Part shown: positions 51,569 through 64,000 of the stretch, piece after piece
How the letters are laid out: each line of letters begins with the position of its first letter
Numbering within the stretch: position 1 is the first letter of the stretch
Source of the DNA: Octopus vulgaris
Taxonomy: Eukaryota
Length of the DNA: 64,000 nucleotides
Direction of reading: 5' to 3'
Assembly: GCA_951406725.2 (NCBI GenBank)
Contig: OX597818.1
Span: forward strand, 124,496,001-124,560,000
Notes under the pieces: model-generated
Told to the model about the DNA's origin: nothing
The model's input: the letters and a program-made list of their open reading frames with translations, nothing else
The model's database searches: none
Translations under genes and position numbers: made by a program

Positions 51569-54208
51569 TATATATATAAGAAACACCCATGGAGGTGAGT
51601 ATATGGCTATATGCTTAAGAAGTTTTCTTCCTGACCTCATAGTTTCAAGTGCAGTCCCACTGCATGGCACCTTGGTGCAAGTGTCTTCTATTTATAGCCC
51701 GAGGCCAACCAAAGCCTCGAATGTGGATTTGGTGGAATCCAATTAAATGTATACATATATACAATTGAGATTAAAAAATCCAAGTTGCCACATAAAAGGC
51801 ATTGTTGTGGGTATTGGTGCACCAGTTGGTGTCACATAAAAAGCACCCTGTAGACTCTGTAAAGTTATTGGCATTAGGAAAGGCATCCAGCCATAAGAGC
51901 CAAACCAAAACAGACTATTGAACCTGGTGAGACCTCCTGGCCTTGCCAGATGTTGTCAAGCCATCCAACCCATGCCAACATGGAAAATAGATGTTAAATG
52001 TTGATGATGATGATGATATATTTGTGTGTGTATGTGTACATGTGTTTGTTTGTATGTGTGAGTGTGTGTTTTATGCTTCCTTGATTATGACAAGGGTATC
52101 AGTCGATCCAATCAACAGAACAGCCTGCTTGTGAAATAAACATGCTAGGAGAGCAAAGTTTGAAAAGAAAAAAATAATAAAGTAGACTAGTACTAAATAT
52201 TTACCTTGTCTCAGGCACTGTCAACCTCCACTACACCACTAGCTATACTGAATCTAATTCCTCCTGCTAGGAAAGTGACTTATAATAGACATACCTCCTA
52301 CTTGGTGCATTATTTGACCCTCATCTACTTAACACTCTGAAATGGTGATGAGAATATTCTTGTGATTCAGGAAAGGTTTTGTTTTTGTTGTTTTTTTCTT
52401 TTTTTTGGTGTGTTGGGAGGGGGGGTTCCTTTAACTTTTTTTATGACAATATTTTTAATGTGATATTTCACTTGTTAATAATAAAAGTAATCAAAGGTGA
52501 CAAGCTGGCAGAATCACTACCATGCCAAGCAAAATGCTTAGCGGCATTTTGCTTGTCTTTATGTTCTGAGTTCAAATTCCAGTGAGGTCAACTTTGCCTT
52601 TCATCCTTTCGAGTCAATAAAATAAGTACTGGTTGAGCACTGGAGTTGATTTAATTGACTTAACCCACTCCTCCGAACATGCTGGCCTTGTGCCAAAATT
52701 TGAAACCAAAGCAATCAAGAAATTATTTTATTTTTAAGGATTTTTGTCTAGACAGTTGAGGTCAGCATTTGATGTTCCTGTTAAAAATCTACTAGTCAAT
52801 GACTGCAGTAATAACATTAAAGAAAAAAAACACTGAAATATAAGGCAGGAAGGTGAATCTTGAGGTACGCTGTAGTGTTAGTACTGGACCAATGTGGGAA
52901 GATAGAGTATAGCTGATGAGAGTTAAACAAATAAGTGTGTGCATGGAGATGTGTGGATATGTTGCTAGACCATGGAGCTCTGAAGAGGAGAGGCCAATGG
53001 TGTAACAGATGATAGAGTGTGTACAAAAGATTGAAATTTGTCTGTGAGCAACTCAGGTACAAATCAGAAGGATGATCTTTTCAAGATGCAGTTTAGGATA
53101 TCCTTGTGTGCATCAGCTGCACAATCCCAGATGTCTGAACGGTATTCCATTTGGAAGGACTTAGTAAACAAACTAATTTTATTCATTATTAAGCTGCTGT
53201 TTACAACATAATAAAAATTATGTTGGAAATTTTCAATTTAAATATGAACAGTTTAAAACAGACAATTTTTTAAATCAAAGAGCCAGAGGTAGTCTCAGGT
53301 GGATTGCTATCAAAAAGATTAAAGCATATAGTATTGAAAACATGACATTTAATTGTAATTTTAGCTGTTTTCCGTGGTGATTTTCTGACAGAACTGTTTT
53401 TATTTTTTCACTCATTCTTTGTAAATAATATCCAGTATTCTTTTATAATATAAAAGAAAAAAGTTCAAGTATTCTTCACTAAATTTCAGACTTTGCTATT
53501 CCAAGTCTTGCATGATGTTGTCTTCACCATTTCGAATTCTAATTTGTATTGGATTTTTTTTGGTTTGAATGTCAACAATAGACTATTGCTTGTACTTAGT
53601 ATTGTGTAATGTCCCAGTTCAGTTATTCAATAATGTGATAGGTCATGTGTAAGACTTGTTTCCATTGGTGTGTCTATTGAAAACTGGGTTAGTTTCTTTT
53701 TTTTTCCTTCTTTTTTTACAATGATATTTTTCTGTTATTTTCTTCAAGTTATCATTCCACTAAAACTGTTTTCCTTTTTTTTTGTGTATTGTCTATTTCA
53801 TTGTTGTATTTGGACACTACACTTAATTCTATACACTTCAATTCATGTGGCTGTTGGGAATAGACACTACATCATCTGGCAATGTTATTTGAGATAAACC
53901 AATACCAGTAACATATCAAGTTGCTCGGAGATAATTTATATCTCATCTTCCATTTTTTTATAATCCAAGCAAGTGATAGTGATAGATTAAGTCTACCATC
54001 CATGAAACCGCAGTTTGGCAGCAGCCCTTGAAGCCAGTAAAGTACAAATTTTTTAAATCTCCTTCCTCTGAGATTAGAAGCCATATACTGTAAAACTCCA
54101 AAACATAGCACTTCTCATTTCATTTACTAAAATCAAGATTAAAATTAAGGGTGCAGAAAATAATATAGTTTTTAAGCTGCTGAATTTTACCCTATCAACA
54201 TTTATTAA

Positions 54209-54757
54209 CCCTTTAGCACAGGGGTCAGGGAACCAGGGTAAATTACTCCAAGTGGGGTAAAAATGGAATTCTTGGGGGTAATGAGGATTCATTTGACATA
54301 AGTAAAATTATATACAAAACGTGTTCCTTGTTACAATAGAAATTTTTCTTCTGGCAACACTGCATCTGTCCAATGTAATGAATGTGTAAGTAAATGCATA
54401 TAAATAGATTCAATAAAATAGATTCATTAAACCTTTTCAATTCAAAGAATCTATGATTTTCTTCCTATCAAATCAAGAAGGTAACATCAACATAGATAAA
54501 TATATTTTTGGTAGTTGGTTAAAAAAGTTCCCCGACTCCTGCTTTAGCATTCAGATTTTATTGTCAAAGATAATGCTTATTTATTTAGTTTTGAATTAAT
54601 CACGTATTATAACTCATAGCTTTAAGATTTTGATGAGGTGGCTGTTTATTTTTAGAATGATATTGTAGTGTAGAGTGTGAGAGGCTAAATCTGGCCAATC
54701 TGAACATAAACCTGGTTGAAATTTTGGCCAAATATAGCTAGTTTAAATGCTAAAGGG
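54209..54757. mobile_element. piggyBac-like MITE carrying a nested hAT MITE
   Basis: TTAA-CCCTTTAGCA...AATGCTAAAGGG-TTGA; body aligns with 48294-48516 once 54219-54549 is removed. Confidence 0.75.
54219..54541. mobile_element. hAT-superfamily MITE with perfect 8-bp TSD
   Basis: TIRs CAGGGGTCAGGGAAC / GTTCCCCGACTCCTG; TSD CTTTAGCA at 54211-54218 and 54542-54549. Confidence 0.9.
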
Positions 54758-56110
54758 TTGAAGAAAAACACAATAATGTGATCAAAATGATTCCTTACTA
54801 TACTTTTAGTTTTATAAAAGACAGCAAGCTAACTGAACCATTAAAGTATTGGTAAAATAACTGCTTTTGATATTTGTTCTGGCTCTTTACATCTGAGTTT
54901 GAATTTTACTAAGGTCAACTTTGTCATTCAGCCTGTCAGGGTCAATAAAATAAAGTACCAATCAAGTACCGGAGTCAATAGTATCAACTAACATCTTCCC
55001 CTCAAAATTCTGGCCTTATGCCTAAATCAGAAATCAATATTTTTTTTTTATTATTTCTATTTGTTAATTTTTTGTTTATTTTATGCCCCACCCTTTTTGT
55101 GTGTCTGTGTGTGTGTGTGTGCTGGCATTAGTTATGTTGCAATATAAGTTTGTATAAAATGAAATATTGCTTTCACGTTTCGGCACAAGGCCAGCTATTT
55201 CAAGGGACGAACTAAGTTGATTACTTCGACCCCAGCGCTTAACAATTACTTATTTTATCAACACCGAAAGGATGAAAGGTAAAGTTGCTCTCAGTGGAAT
55301 TTGAACTCAAAATCAGATGAAATGCCACTAAGCATTTTGTCCAGTTTGCTACTGATTCTGCCAGCTCACTGTATATTTTAGTAGATTCCTCTTGTAGCAA
55401 TTGTGCCACATTACATTTTGAACAAAGTGCTGCAGGTTTTTAAGATAATTTAGGCCAAAATCGAGGTTTATCTTATCCATAGTTGCATATTATATACACA
55501 TGGGATTTTACAATATAACATTTTCATTCTTTGTTTTTCTCCAGTCCCACTGCTTGGCACCTTAGGCAAGTGTCTTCTACTATAGCCTCAAGGCAACCAA
55601 AGCCATTTGAGTGGATTTGGCAGATGAAAACTGAAAGAAGCCCATCGTGTGCGTGTCTGTGTTTTTCCCTACCTACCACCACCACCACCACTTGAGAACT
55701 GGTGTTGGCATGTTTACACCCCCATGACTTAGCAGTTTAGCCAAAGAGAGCAATAGAATAAGTACCAGGCTTAAAACAAATAAATGCTGGGGTCAACAGC
55801 ATTTTATTTTTGAAGGATTGCTTTGGTACTATGGTAGAGAACTTGTTATATCTTCAGGAAATGTGGGCTTGAATTCTGTGGGCAGCCTTCAAATTCTTAT
55901 AGGTGGTGAGCTGACAGAATTGTTGGCACACCAGGCAAAATGCTTAGTGGCATTTTGTTCATCTTTATGTTCTGAGTTCAAATTCTACTGAGGACAACAT
56001 TGCCTTTCATCATTTTGGGTCAATAAAATAAGTTCCATTCGAGTACTGGAGTAAATTTGATTGACTACCCCCTCCCCTAAATTTCAGGCATTGTGCCTAT
56101 AGTAAAAAGA

Positions 56111-56190
<80 letters not shown>

Positions 56191-56192
56191 CA

Positions 56193-56750
56193 TTGAGTTA
56201 GAGAGCAGTGCATGCCATCAAAGTGACACTGGGGTAAAATATACAAAGCCCAGTATACCCATCATGACTACCCGACTGATAAGGGTACATCAGGCACATG
56301 CATCACAACCATATGTGCACGACATGGTGATCCCATATCAAGATTAACAGCGCATAACCTTGCAGGTGGGGCCCAATTAGAATTTTCTTCTGGTCGAGTA
56401 GCTCATCCCACTCAAAAGGTCCCTGAATAAGGATTGTTTAAGGATGTTGAATGAACCACCCATATTTCCAAAAGTGAATCATCCAGACCTCTAAGAATTC
56501 CTTTCAACACACAGCTATGATGCTCCCCCACTACTTCTGCTCATGATCAGAGATGCACATATCAACAGCCACTAAGGGACATGGTCAACTGGTTAAGGTC
56601 AAACAACTGACAAGCAAATCTGTGGTATTGAGCAGAATATTTGCTGTAGCCCATCTTTTATACCAAGACAAAACAATGCACATGATAACACTTTCAATCA
56701 GTTAAGATCAGAAGCCATGAGAGCCACTGCCTGGTACTGCATCAGGGCAT
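56193..56750 (-). mobile_element. Non-coding ~560-bp element between (ATT)n and (GTT)n tracts
   Basis: Longest copy of the family at 14520-14864; no tRNA head recognised, no long ORF. Confidence 0.75.
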
Positions 56751-56832
56751 TTGTTGTTGTTGTTGTTATTGCTGCTGCTGCTTTTGTTGTTGTTGTTGTT
56801 GCTACTGCTGTTTTTGTTGTTGTTGTTGTTGT

Positions 56833-57495
56833 ATGAAAAATCACAGCTTATTTTGCTGGGTATGATGGAAAGTGTTAGCTGTCCACAGCCAGCAGACTAA
56901 GATGACACTTGTTTACTGGTCATGCTTCAAGAACCCTGCGAAGAATTCTTGCAGTTCCAAGCAATGCTTTTTCTAGGTGTTATACCTTCACACTTGTACC
57001 GATCTTATTCAGCCATGTTGGTAGTTGAGTGTTGATACTTCCAGGTGCACCAATTACTATTGGAATCACATCTACTCTCTTCATTGACCACAACCTTTGT
57101 ATTTCCTACTTTAAATCATGATTGTTGTTTTTTTTTTTTTGCCTTCTTCTTTCACATTCATCCTGCTGTCAGTGGGGCATGCTATGTCAATAATTATACA
57201 TGTTCTTTCTTTTTTAATCACCACAACAATGTCCGATTTCCTATGTCTGGTCAGGTGATCACGCTGGATCATTGAGTCCCACAGGATTTTGCATTTCTCA
57301 TTTTCAGTGACTCCTTCTGGGGGTTTGTTCATACCACGTCCTTGCTCTTTGTAGGCCATGATTTCCACAGAGCTCCCAATGGATCATTCTTGCCACATTG
57401 TCATGGCGTCATTTGTATTGATGTTGTGCCATACCATTTCACTCTTCACACATTCTGCATTTATCACTATTGGTAGTGTTGTCAATTCTACACTT
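56833..57495 (-). mobile_element. R4/Dong-clade LINE 3' end (zinc-knuckle region and restriction-like endonuclease)
   Basis: Minus strand RRHDNVARMIHWELCG and KILWDSMIQRDH...KSDIVVV.KKERTCIIIDIACP (PD..D-type RLE region); embedded in TAA/CAA microsatellites, as is typical of Dong/R4. Confidence 0.8.
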
Positions 57496-57496
57496 C

Positions 57497-57617
<121 letters not shown>

Positions 57618-57838
57618 GTCACTGTAGTAGATTGGCAGAATCATTAGGGTGTTAGGAAAAATGTTTTGTAACATTTGTTCCAAATTTTTACATTTTGAGT
57701 CCAAACTCTGCTGAGGTCATGTTTGCCTTTCATCCCTTTGGGAGGAATGGTATCAACTAACCCCATTCTCCTTAAAATTGCTGGCTTTGTGCCTAAATCT
57801 TAATAATTTTTTAATATTATTTCTCTTCTTTCTTGCAG

Positions 57839-57987
57839 ATGTACTCATATAACCGACATAGGAGTGGGTTACTTATCTACGATGACATCATTGATCAAAC
57901 TCTACCTAAGGTGGTGTACACAGGTGCGAGATTATGGTCTTCAACATTTGTATTCTATGAGAAATCTGCGGTTGTTATCTTTGGCAG
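57839..57987 (+). CDS. FBXL16: Internal coding exon of an F-box/LRR-repeat protein 16-like gene (C-terminal LRRs)
   Basis: Pyrimidine tract plus TTGCAG acceptor (57833-57838) and GTAAG donor (57988). The 149 nt are 1 nt + 49 codons + 1 nt: [49 protein letters not shown](G). This closely resembles the FBXL16 segment as I recall it (C..ITD.G..YLSTM.SL..LYLRWC.QV.D.GL.HL.....LRLLSLAG). Missing from the ORF track. Confidence 0.92.
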
Positions 57988-58144
57988 GTAAGCTCTCAAT
58001 GTTCCATCACTAAACATACAAGTCTTGTCATCTTAAACATCTTTTATTACAATATCATCCCTATTTTGGCATCATGTCATGAGGAAGGGGAAACACACTG
58101 GTTCATCATCATTTTCACATTCATTTTTCTTCACATTTGCATGG

Positions 58145-58520
58145 GTTAAGTTAAGTTAAGTTAATTTTTTGGCTCAAAAAGCAAAAAGCAAGGCCATGTA
58201 GGGGGACATGGAGTTATGTACAGGGAGGGTGTTTATGCAAAGAGTTCAGGCCATTTCTGGTCAAGGGAGACTTTGAACTGAGCGGTCGTCGGCATCTTCA
58301 CTATCTCGTCCAGCAGTTTATTCCACGGATTCAGAACCCGGACAGAGAAAGCCTCTCTCCTTTGATTGAGATGAAATCGTCGCAGATAGAGCTTTTCAGA
58401 GTGACCCCGCAGTCGACGCTCTGGAGCAGGAGTGAAGAACAGCTCTTTCAAGAGGTTACACTTTCCGCTTATGATGTTGTGAGCAAGAATGAGTTCACCA
58501 CGGCATCAGCGTTTTTTAGA
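58145..58520 (-). mobile_element. CR1-clade LINE 3' end with (TTAAC)n tail
   Basis: Same family as 21180-21604 (ELFFTPAPERRLRGHSEKLYLRRF...WNKL). Confidence 0.85.
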
Positions 58521-58677
58521 TGAGTCCTTTCCAACTCAACTTCCTAACACTTGTCACATACCTTTGTAATCTCCTTTATGAAGTTCAACATCCCAAGGTT
58601 AGTTTTCCCACTTCTGCTCATGACCTCCTCGGTCTTCCTCTTCTATGCTTTCCTTCCTCCTAAATCTCCTACCATAT

Positions 58678-59085
58678 ACTCTTTTACTCTTTTACTTGTT
58701 TCAGTCATCTGACTGCGGCCATGCTGGAGCACCGCCTTTACTCGAGCAAATCGACCCCGGGACTTATTCTTTGTAAGCCCAGTATTTATTCTATCGGTCT
58801 CTTTTGCCGAACCGCTAAGTGACGGGGAGGTAAACACACCAGCATCGGTTGTCAAGCAATGCTAGGGGGACAAACACAGACACACAAACATACACACACA
58901 CATATATATATATACATACATATATACGACAGGCTTCTTTCAGTTTCTGTCTATCAAACCCACTCACAAGGCATTGGTTGGCCCAGGGCTATAGCAGAAA
59001 ACACTTGCCCAAGATGCCATGCAGTGTGACTGAACTCGGAACTATGTGGTTGGTAAGCAAGCTACTTACCACACAGCCACTCCTA
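58678..59085 (-). mobile_element. SINE family A, full length
   Basis: As other copies. Confidence 0.87.
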
Positions 59086-60399
59086 TATTTTTATTCCTTG
59101 TCTATGTAATTTTTTTTAATGTATCCTATTCTCTACCTGCTGGTAGATTATGATACAAATTGTTGTTTGATATTGAATCTGTTGATAAACATGTGGTTTC
59201 CATTTTGAATGAATATTGCTTAGAGCCTACATATTCTACTAGAAATGGTTTTTGATGAAATAGTTTTATTCTTGTTGGTTGTCTGAATGAAAGTGCTGTA
59301 CCAATAGCCTGTGCAGGCCCTCCGAGACCAGTGAGACTGATGTTGTCAACAGATGTGAAAAGGGCAGTATAAAAACCAAAGTGTTACCAGCAATGTGTGA
59401 ACAAAAAGATTTAGACCACCCATTTGTCTTTTTAAAACAAATATCCAATGTAAATATTAACGCCATTGACAACAACATTGACAAATTATGGATACATGAT
59501 GGTAAAATAGTTGAACTTTTGCCTTGCCCCAATATGACAGGTCATGGAAACTTTAGTTTGACAAGGAACTTTGACTTACATAATGCTATGAATTAAATTT
59601 AATAACTTTATTTTGCTTTTGCTTTATTTTGGTGTTTAGTTAAATCAAATTGGTTGTGATTAACATTCTTTGTGATATTTTAATGTGAACTGGACAAGTT
59701 ACAGAATATTTTTGAGAGTATCAGTGCACCTTTCATGTTTTTTGTGCAATGTTGCATATGTACCGCCTGACTGGCCCTCATGCCGGTGGCACGTAAAAGC
59801 ACCCACTACACTCTCAGAGTAGTTGGCATTAGGAAGGGCATCCAACTGTAGAAACTCTGCTAGATCAGATTGGAGCCTGGTGCAGCCATCTGGTTCGCCA
59901 GACCTCAGTCAAATCGTCCAACCCATTCTAGCATGGAAAGCGGACATTAAACGATGATGATGATGATGACGACGACGATGACGACAACGACGACACTATG
60001 TCACAAAGGATTACGGTCATCAATATCAATTCAAATTTCAGTTTGACTGTTTACTTTCACAATTTCATTTTTACAAATGTAGCAATTGTTTTCAATTTAA
60101 ACCAGTGTCTGAGGAACAATACTTTCAGAGAACTTTGCTTTGAAACATGCTCGGTACAAAACAGCAGATTTTTGCATGTAACATCTGGAACACAATTTGT
60201 TTGTCAAAAAGATACACTTTAACTCCTGATCAATAAAATTTTGTTGTGAATTGTAACCCACCCTCTCTTCTATTCACACATACATTTTCAACATATCAGG
60301 TTTGTTCTTTATGGGGAAATTAAGTATTTTGTCCTCCACATGCTACATCCACATGGCCCATCATCACATTACAAATCCCTTAAATATGAGCAGCTTGCA

Positions 60400-60930
60400 G
60401 CTAAAGCCCTCAGATTTGTTCCAATTATTGGATCCTATTCTCACTAAGGATCTCCTCTGAATTCCATCTTAAAGATTGGTCCTTCTCTTCAGTCCCACCC
60501 AGAAAATATTACAGCCCATAATGCTTATTGATACTCTACAAAGCCTGGGTGAGGCCAAATATGGAATATTTGCCCCACATCTAGAATGGTACTGCTACAA
60601 TACACCTGAGTGACTGGCATAAAATCACACACAAAAGTACTCGTTTCAGGTTCACAGGCATTCTCTCTGTTCACTCTCTATCTTTTCTACCATTTCTGTA
60701 ATAACGTCTGGTTTTGAAGTTAATTGGTCTCATGCCACATCCTCTCAATCATTCCTGACTCCTTCATCTCTCTCTTCCTCTCATCACTTATGCTGAATCC
60801 AACCTCACCTCTGACTCAGCACTAACTGTTTATCCCTAGTCATTCCTTCACTATCTGTTAACTATCTGAGATACCCTCTCTGTTCATGCCTTCCCTACAA
60901 ATATTGAATCACATTTTAAACAGAACATAA
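60400..60930 (+). mobile_element. Ancient L2/CR1-group LINE fragment
   Basis: Patch ILYKAWVRPNMEYLPHI*NG resembles 'LYK..IRP.MEY..H.W.G'; otherwise heavily decayed. Confidence 0.5.
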
Positions 60931-62400
60931 GAATCTGGCATTAGAAAGGACATCCAGCCATAGAAACCATGCCACACCAGACAGTTGGATCCCGGACAGC
61001 TTTCTGCTAGCCAGATCCATGTCAAATTGTCCAACCCATGCCAGCATGGAGAGCAGATGTTAAACAATGATGATGATGATGATGATGATTAACAACATGA
61101 ATCTCACACGTTTCAGAGGGTCTGCATAGGCTATGGGTACTGCACTTTCATTCAGACGTAGTTACACAACCAAACCAAAATAATGCTATTTCATCCAAAA
61201 CCATATCTAGTAAAATATGTAGGTTCTAAGCAAGCTTTATTCTAGATGGAAACCATATATTCAACAACAGATTCAATGTCAAACAATTTCTATTGTAATC
61301 TACCACCAAGTAGAGCATACGATACATTAAGAAAAATTACACAGGCAAGAAAGAATAGTACCTGGACGACATTTGCATTGGCAAATAGGAGAAACAGATA
61401 TATACTGGAAAAAAGATCAATAAAATTTAAATGAAGGGAAAAATTTATGTTAATGTTTAACACTGGGGATTGAAGAAGGACAAATACAGGCGAAATATTC
61501 GCATATACATGGAACAATACAAATCAGTATTTGTTTGACAACATGAGCTTTTGCTGAGGAGACAATGTTTATGTAGATGACTTTTCAGCAACAAGAAAAG
61601 TATACATTCCAGTAGAAGTATCTTGTGTATACAGAAAACAATTTTTGGACACTGATTATGAAAGAGATCTTGGAAAATATAGCATCATCTACAAGCAGAA
61701 AATATAAATAAAAATTGTGCAAAACACAAATGCAGATTCAAACTTTGTAACTGTCAGATATATGTGTTAGATAGCTTGCAGGCTAATTTATATCATTACA
61801 ACGGAATATTTAAGCAAAGTAGAATTTGAATAAATTAGTAGGTCTGCCCGGACTGGTGAGACAGTTGCAGTTGATGTTCAGCTATACATTCAGACATGCA
61901 TGTGCACACATATACACACACACATACACACCCTCTTTTATCTTTTATTTGTTTCAGCCATTAGACTGTGGCCATGCTGGGGCACTGCCTTTAAGAATTT
62001 TTAATCGAATCAATCAATCCCTGTGTTTGTTTTCTTTTTTTTAAGCCTGATACTTATTTTATCAGTCTCTTTTGCCAAACCACAAAGTTATGGAGACATA
62101 AACACACCAACATTAGTTGTCAAGCAGGTGAGGGTGGGGGACAAACACATAGATATGTATGATGAGTTTCTTTCAGTTTCAGTCTACCAAATCCATTCAC
62201 AAGACTCTGGTCAGCTCAAGGCTATAGCAGAAGGCTCTTGCCCAAGGTGCCACACAGTGGGACTGCACCCAGGACCATGTGGTTGGGAAAGCAAACTTCT
62301 TACTACACAACCATGCCTGAGCCTATATATATATATTTTTTTTTTTTTTTATTTAGTTTCAGCTCACAAGCTGTGGCCATGCTGGGGCACCACCATTTGA

Positions 62401-62714
62401 TTCCAACATCACCATCAAAATACAGGACCAGATACTGCAACAGCTTGGGTTTCAGAGGACTACAGCTCTTCAACATCTTCCCTAAATGCCTGAGAGACTT
62501 GCATGGTGTGGATATGGGTTTCTTTAAAACTAAACTGGATCTCTTCTTGTCGGGGATCCCAGATGAACCTACCTCTTGGCAGGAGAAACAGATGCGGGCA
62601 GCGGCATCGAACTCCCTTGTTGACCAAGTGCCACGTATCAGAGGTGGTTTCACATACTAGTGTAGCTCATTCAATGGTGGTGCCCCAGCATGGCCGCAGC
62701 CTTCGGGCTGAAAC
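62401..62714 (+). mobile_element. CR1-group LINE 3' end
   Basis: NSLGFRGLQLFNIFPKCLRDL...FFKTKLDLFLSGIPDEP...SNSLVDQ, stop at 62660, tail GGTGCCCCAGCATGGCCGCAGCCTTCGGGCTGAAAC. Confidence 0.8.
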
Positions 62715-62874
62715 ATTTTTAAGGATTTATATATATATAAAGAGATACAGAGGGAAAGAGAATATATAGCTATTTATTATGAATGTATATACAATTAAGT
62801 GGGAAAAAGAATAGAGTAGGCTAGGGTAAAATTTATTCACAGTTAGCAAATAGAAACAAAGGGTATTGCAAAAG

Positions 62875-63049
62875 ACCTGGTTGGAGGCCCAACCTTCTGA
62901 GTTCTTTTACAAAGCTTAGAAAACCTGAAGGGCTACTGCAATAAGTATGTGAATCTGAGAGGGGAATATGTTGGATATAAATCATAATTAACTGATCCTC
63001 CTGTATTTTCTTTTACCTAAAACCAGGAACTTTTCAGCACCCCTTCATA
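62875..63049 (+). mobile_element. Mariner transposon 3' remnant
   Basis: LENLKGYCNKYVNLRGEYVG resembles the mariner transposase C-terminus (L..RW.KC....G.YVE). Followed by TIR-like GAACTTTTCAGCACCCCT. Confidence 0.6.
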
Positions 63050-63609
63050 CAATCCGTTTTTGTCATGGTTTCTATAACTGAATGCTGTTCTTAACACCAA
63101 ATGCTTTACAAAGTGTATTGGGTGCATTCTATCAGGGCTGTAGCTCTAGAGAGGCTCTCATGTCCTCAGTATGATTAAAGGGTCCTTTCAATTTATGTTG
63201 TCTCTTCATTCACCAATCACTTTATTGAGTGTACTGAGTGTATTTTTACCATAACACCAGCACATGACTTTGACAAGGCTGAAAAAGTTTCTCAATTTTC
63301 TCCATTGTCTTCATCCATTCACCAACCAATTTACAGAATATGCTGAGTATTTGTTATCATGACACCAGTATTAAAGAATTTTCTATTAAGCTAATCAAGA
63401 CTTAAGAGTCCTCACTGCACTGCACTGCATTGTCTCTGTTTGTTTAAAGCCAAGTGGATGAAGAAAAGACAGTGAAAACAGAGAGAAAATGAGTGAGAGA
63501 GAGAAAGAAGAGAGAGAGAGTAAGACAAGAAAAACAGTGCAATTGTAGTGAGAGGGTGGTGGGGGAGATTTATCTGTAACCCACATTGTATTGATAGTCT
63601 AGTGGATGG

Positions 63610-63995
63610 AAGCACTCCGTCGGTTACGACGATGAGGGTTCCGGTTGATCCGAATCAACGGAACAGCCTGCTCGTGAAATTAACGTGTAAGTGGCTGAGC
63701 ACTCCACAGACACGTGCACCCTTAACGTAGTTCTCAGGGATATTCAGCGTGACACAGAGAGTGACAAGGCCGGCCCCTTTGAAATACAGGTACAACAGAA
63801 ACAGAAAGAAAGAGTGAGAGAGAAAGTTGTGGTGAAAGAGTACAGCAGGGATCACCACCATCCCCTGCCGGAGCCTCGTGGAGCTTTTAGGTGTTTTCGC
63901 TCAATAAACACTCACAACGCCCGGTCTGGGAATCGAAACCGCGATCCTATGACCGCGAGTCCGCTGCCCTAACCACTGGGCCATTGCACCTCCAC
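63610..63995 (-). mobile_element. tRNA-headed SINE (family C), full length
   Basis: Minus strand GGAGGTGCAATGGCCCAGTGGTTAGGGCAGCGGACTCGCGGTC...GGTTTCGATTCCCAGACCGGG. Confidence 0.88.
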
Positions 63996-64000
63996 GTTTG

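Noticed and set aside
53870-54130. Short minus-strand ORFs with protein-like composition
   Set aside because: No recognisable motif or splice pattern; probably a decayed transposon but not supportable.
56728-56750. CCTGGTACTGCA resembling the U2 snRNA 3' stem-loop
   Set aside because: Only about 12 nt of similarity; the rest of U2 is absent.

Overview
This is AT-rich, repeat-saturated eukaryotic DNA, most likely from an octopus (coleoid cephalopod), inferred from the SINE families and the 5S sequence. The only host coding sequence I recognise is one 149-nt exon (57839-57987, +) of an F-box/LRR gene resembling FBXL16, so most of the window is probably one very large intron. The rest is microsatellites, four tRNA-headed SINE families, truncated LINEs (RTE, CR1/L2, Hero, R4/Dong), hAT- and piggyBac-type MITEs, a mariner remnant and a 33-bp minisatellite. 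Almost all ORFs in the supplied track are microsatellite or SINE artefacts. The most interesting signals are structured RNAs. (1) Two short fold-back insertions with 12-13 bp target-site duplications share architecture and hairpins but little sequence, and one carries a type I hammerhead ribozyme with a compensatory U3-A8 core (Penelope-like/retrozyme-like). (2) Further hammerhead motifs lie near TA microsatellites. (3) A full-length 5S rRNA copy is fused to an RTE LINE tail (candidate SINE3). (4) Compact H-type pseudoknots are arrayed in an RTE 3' UTR. (5) A covarying stem-loop is shared by a SINE tail and CR1-type LINE tails. All family names are from recall, not database searches, and repeat boundaries are approximate unless a TSD fixes them.
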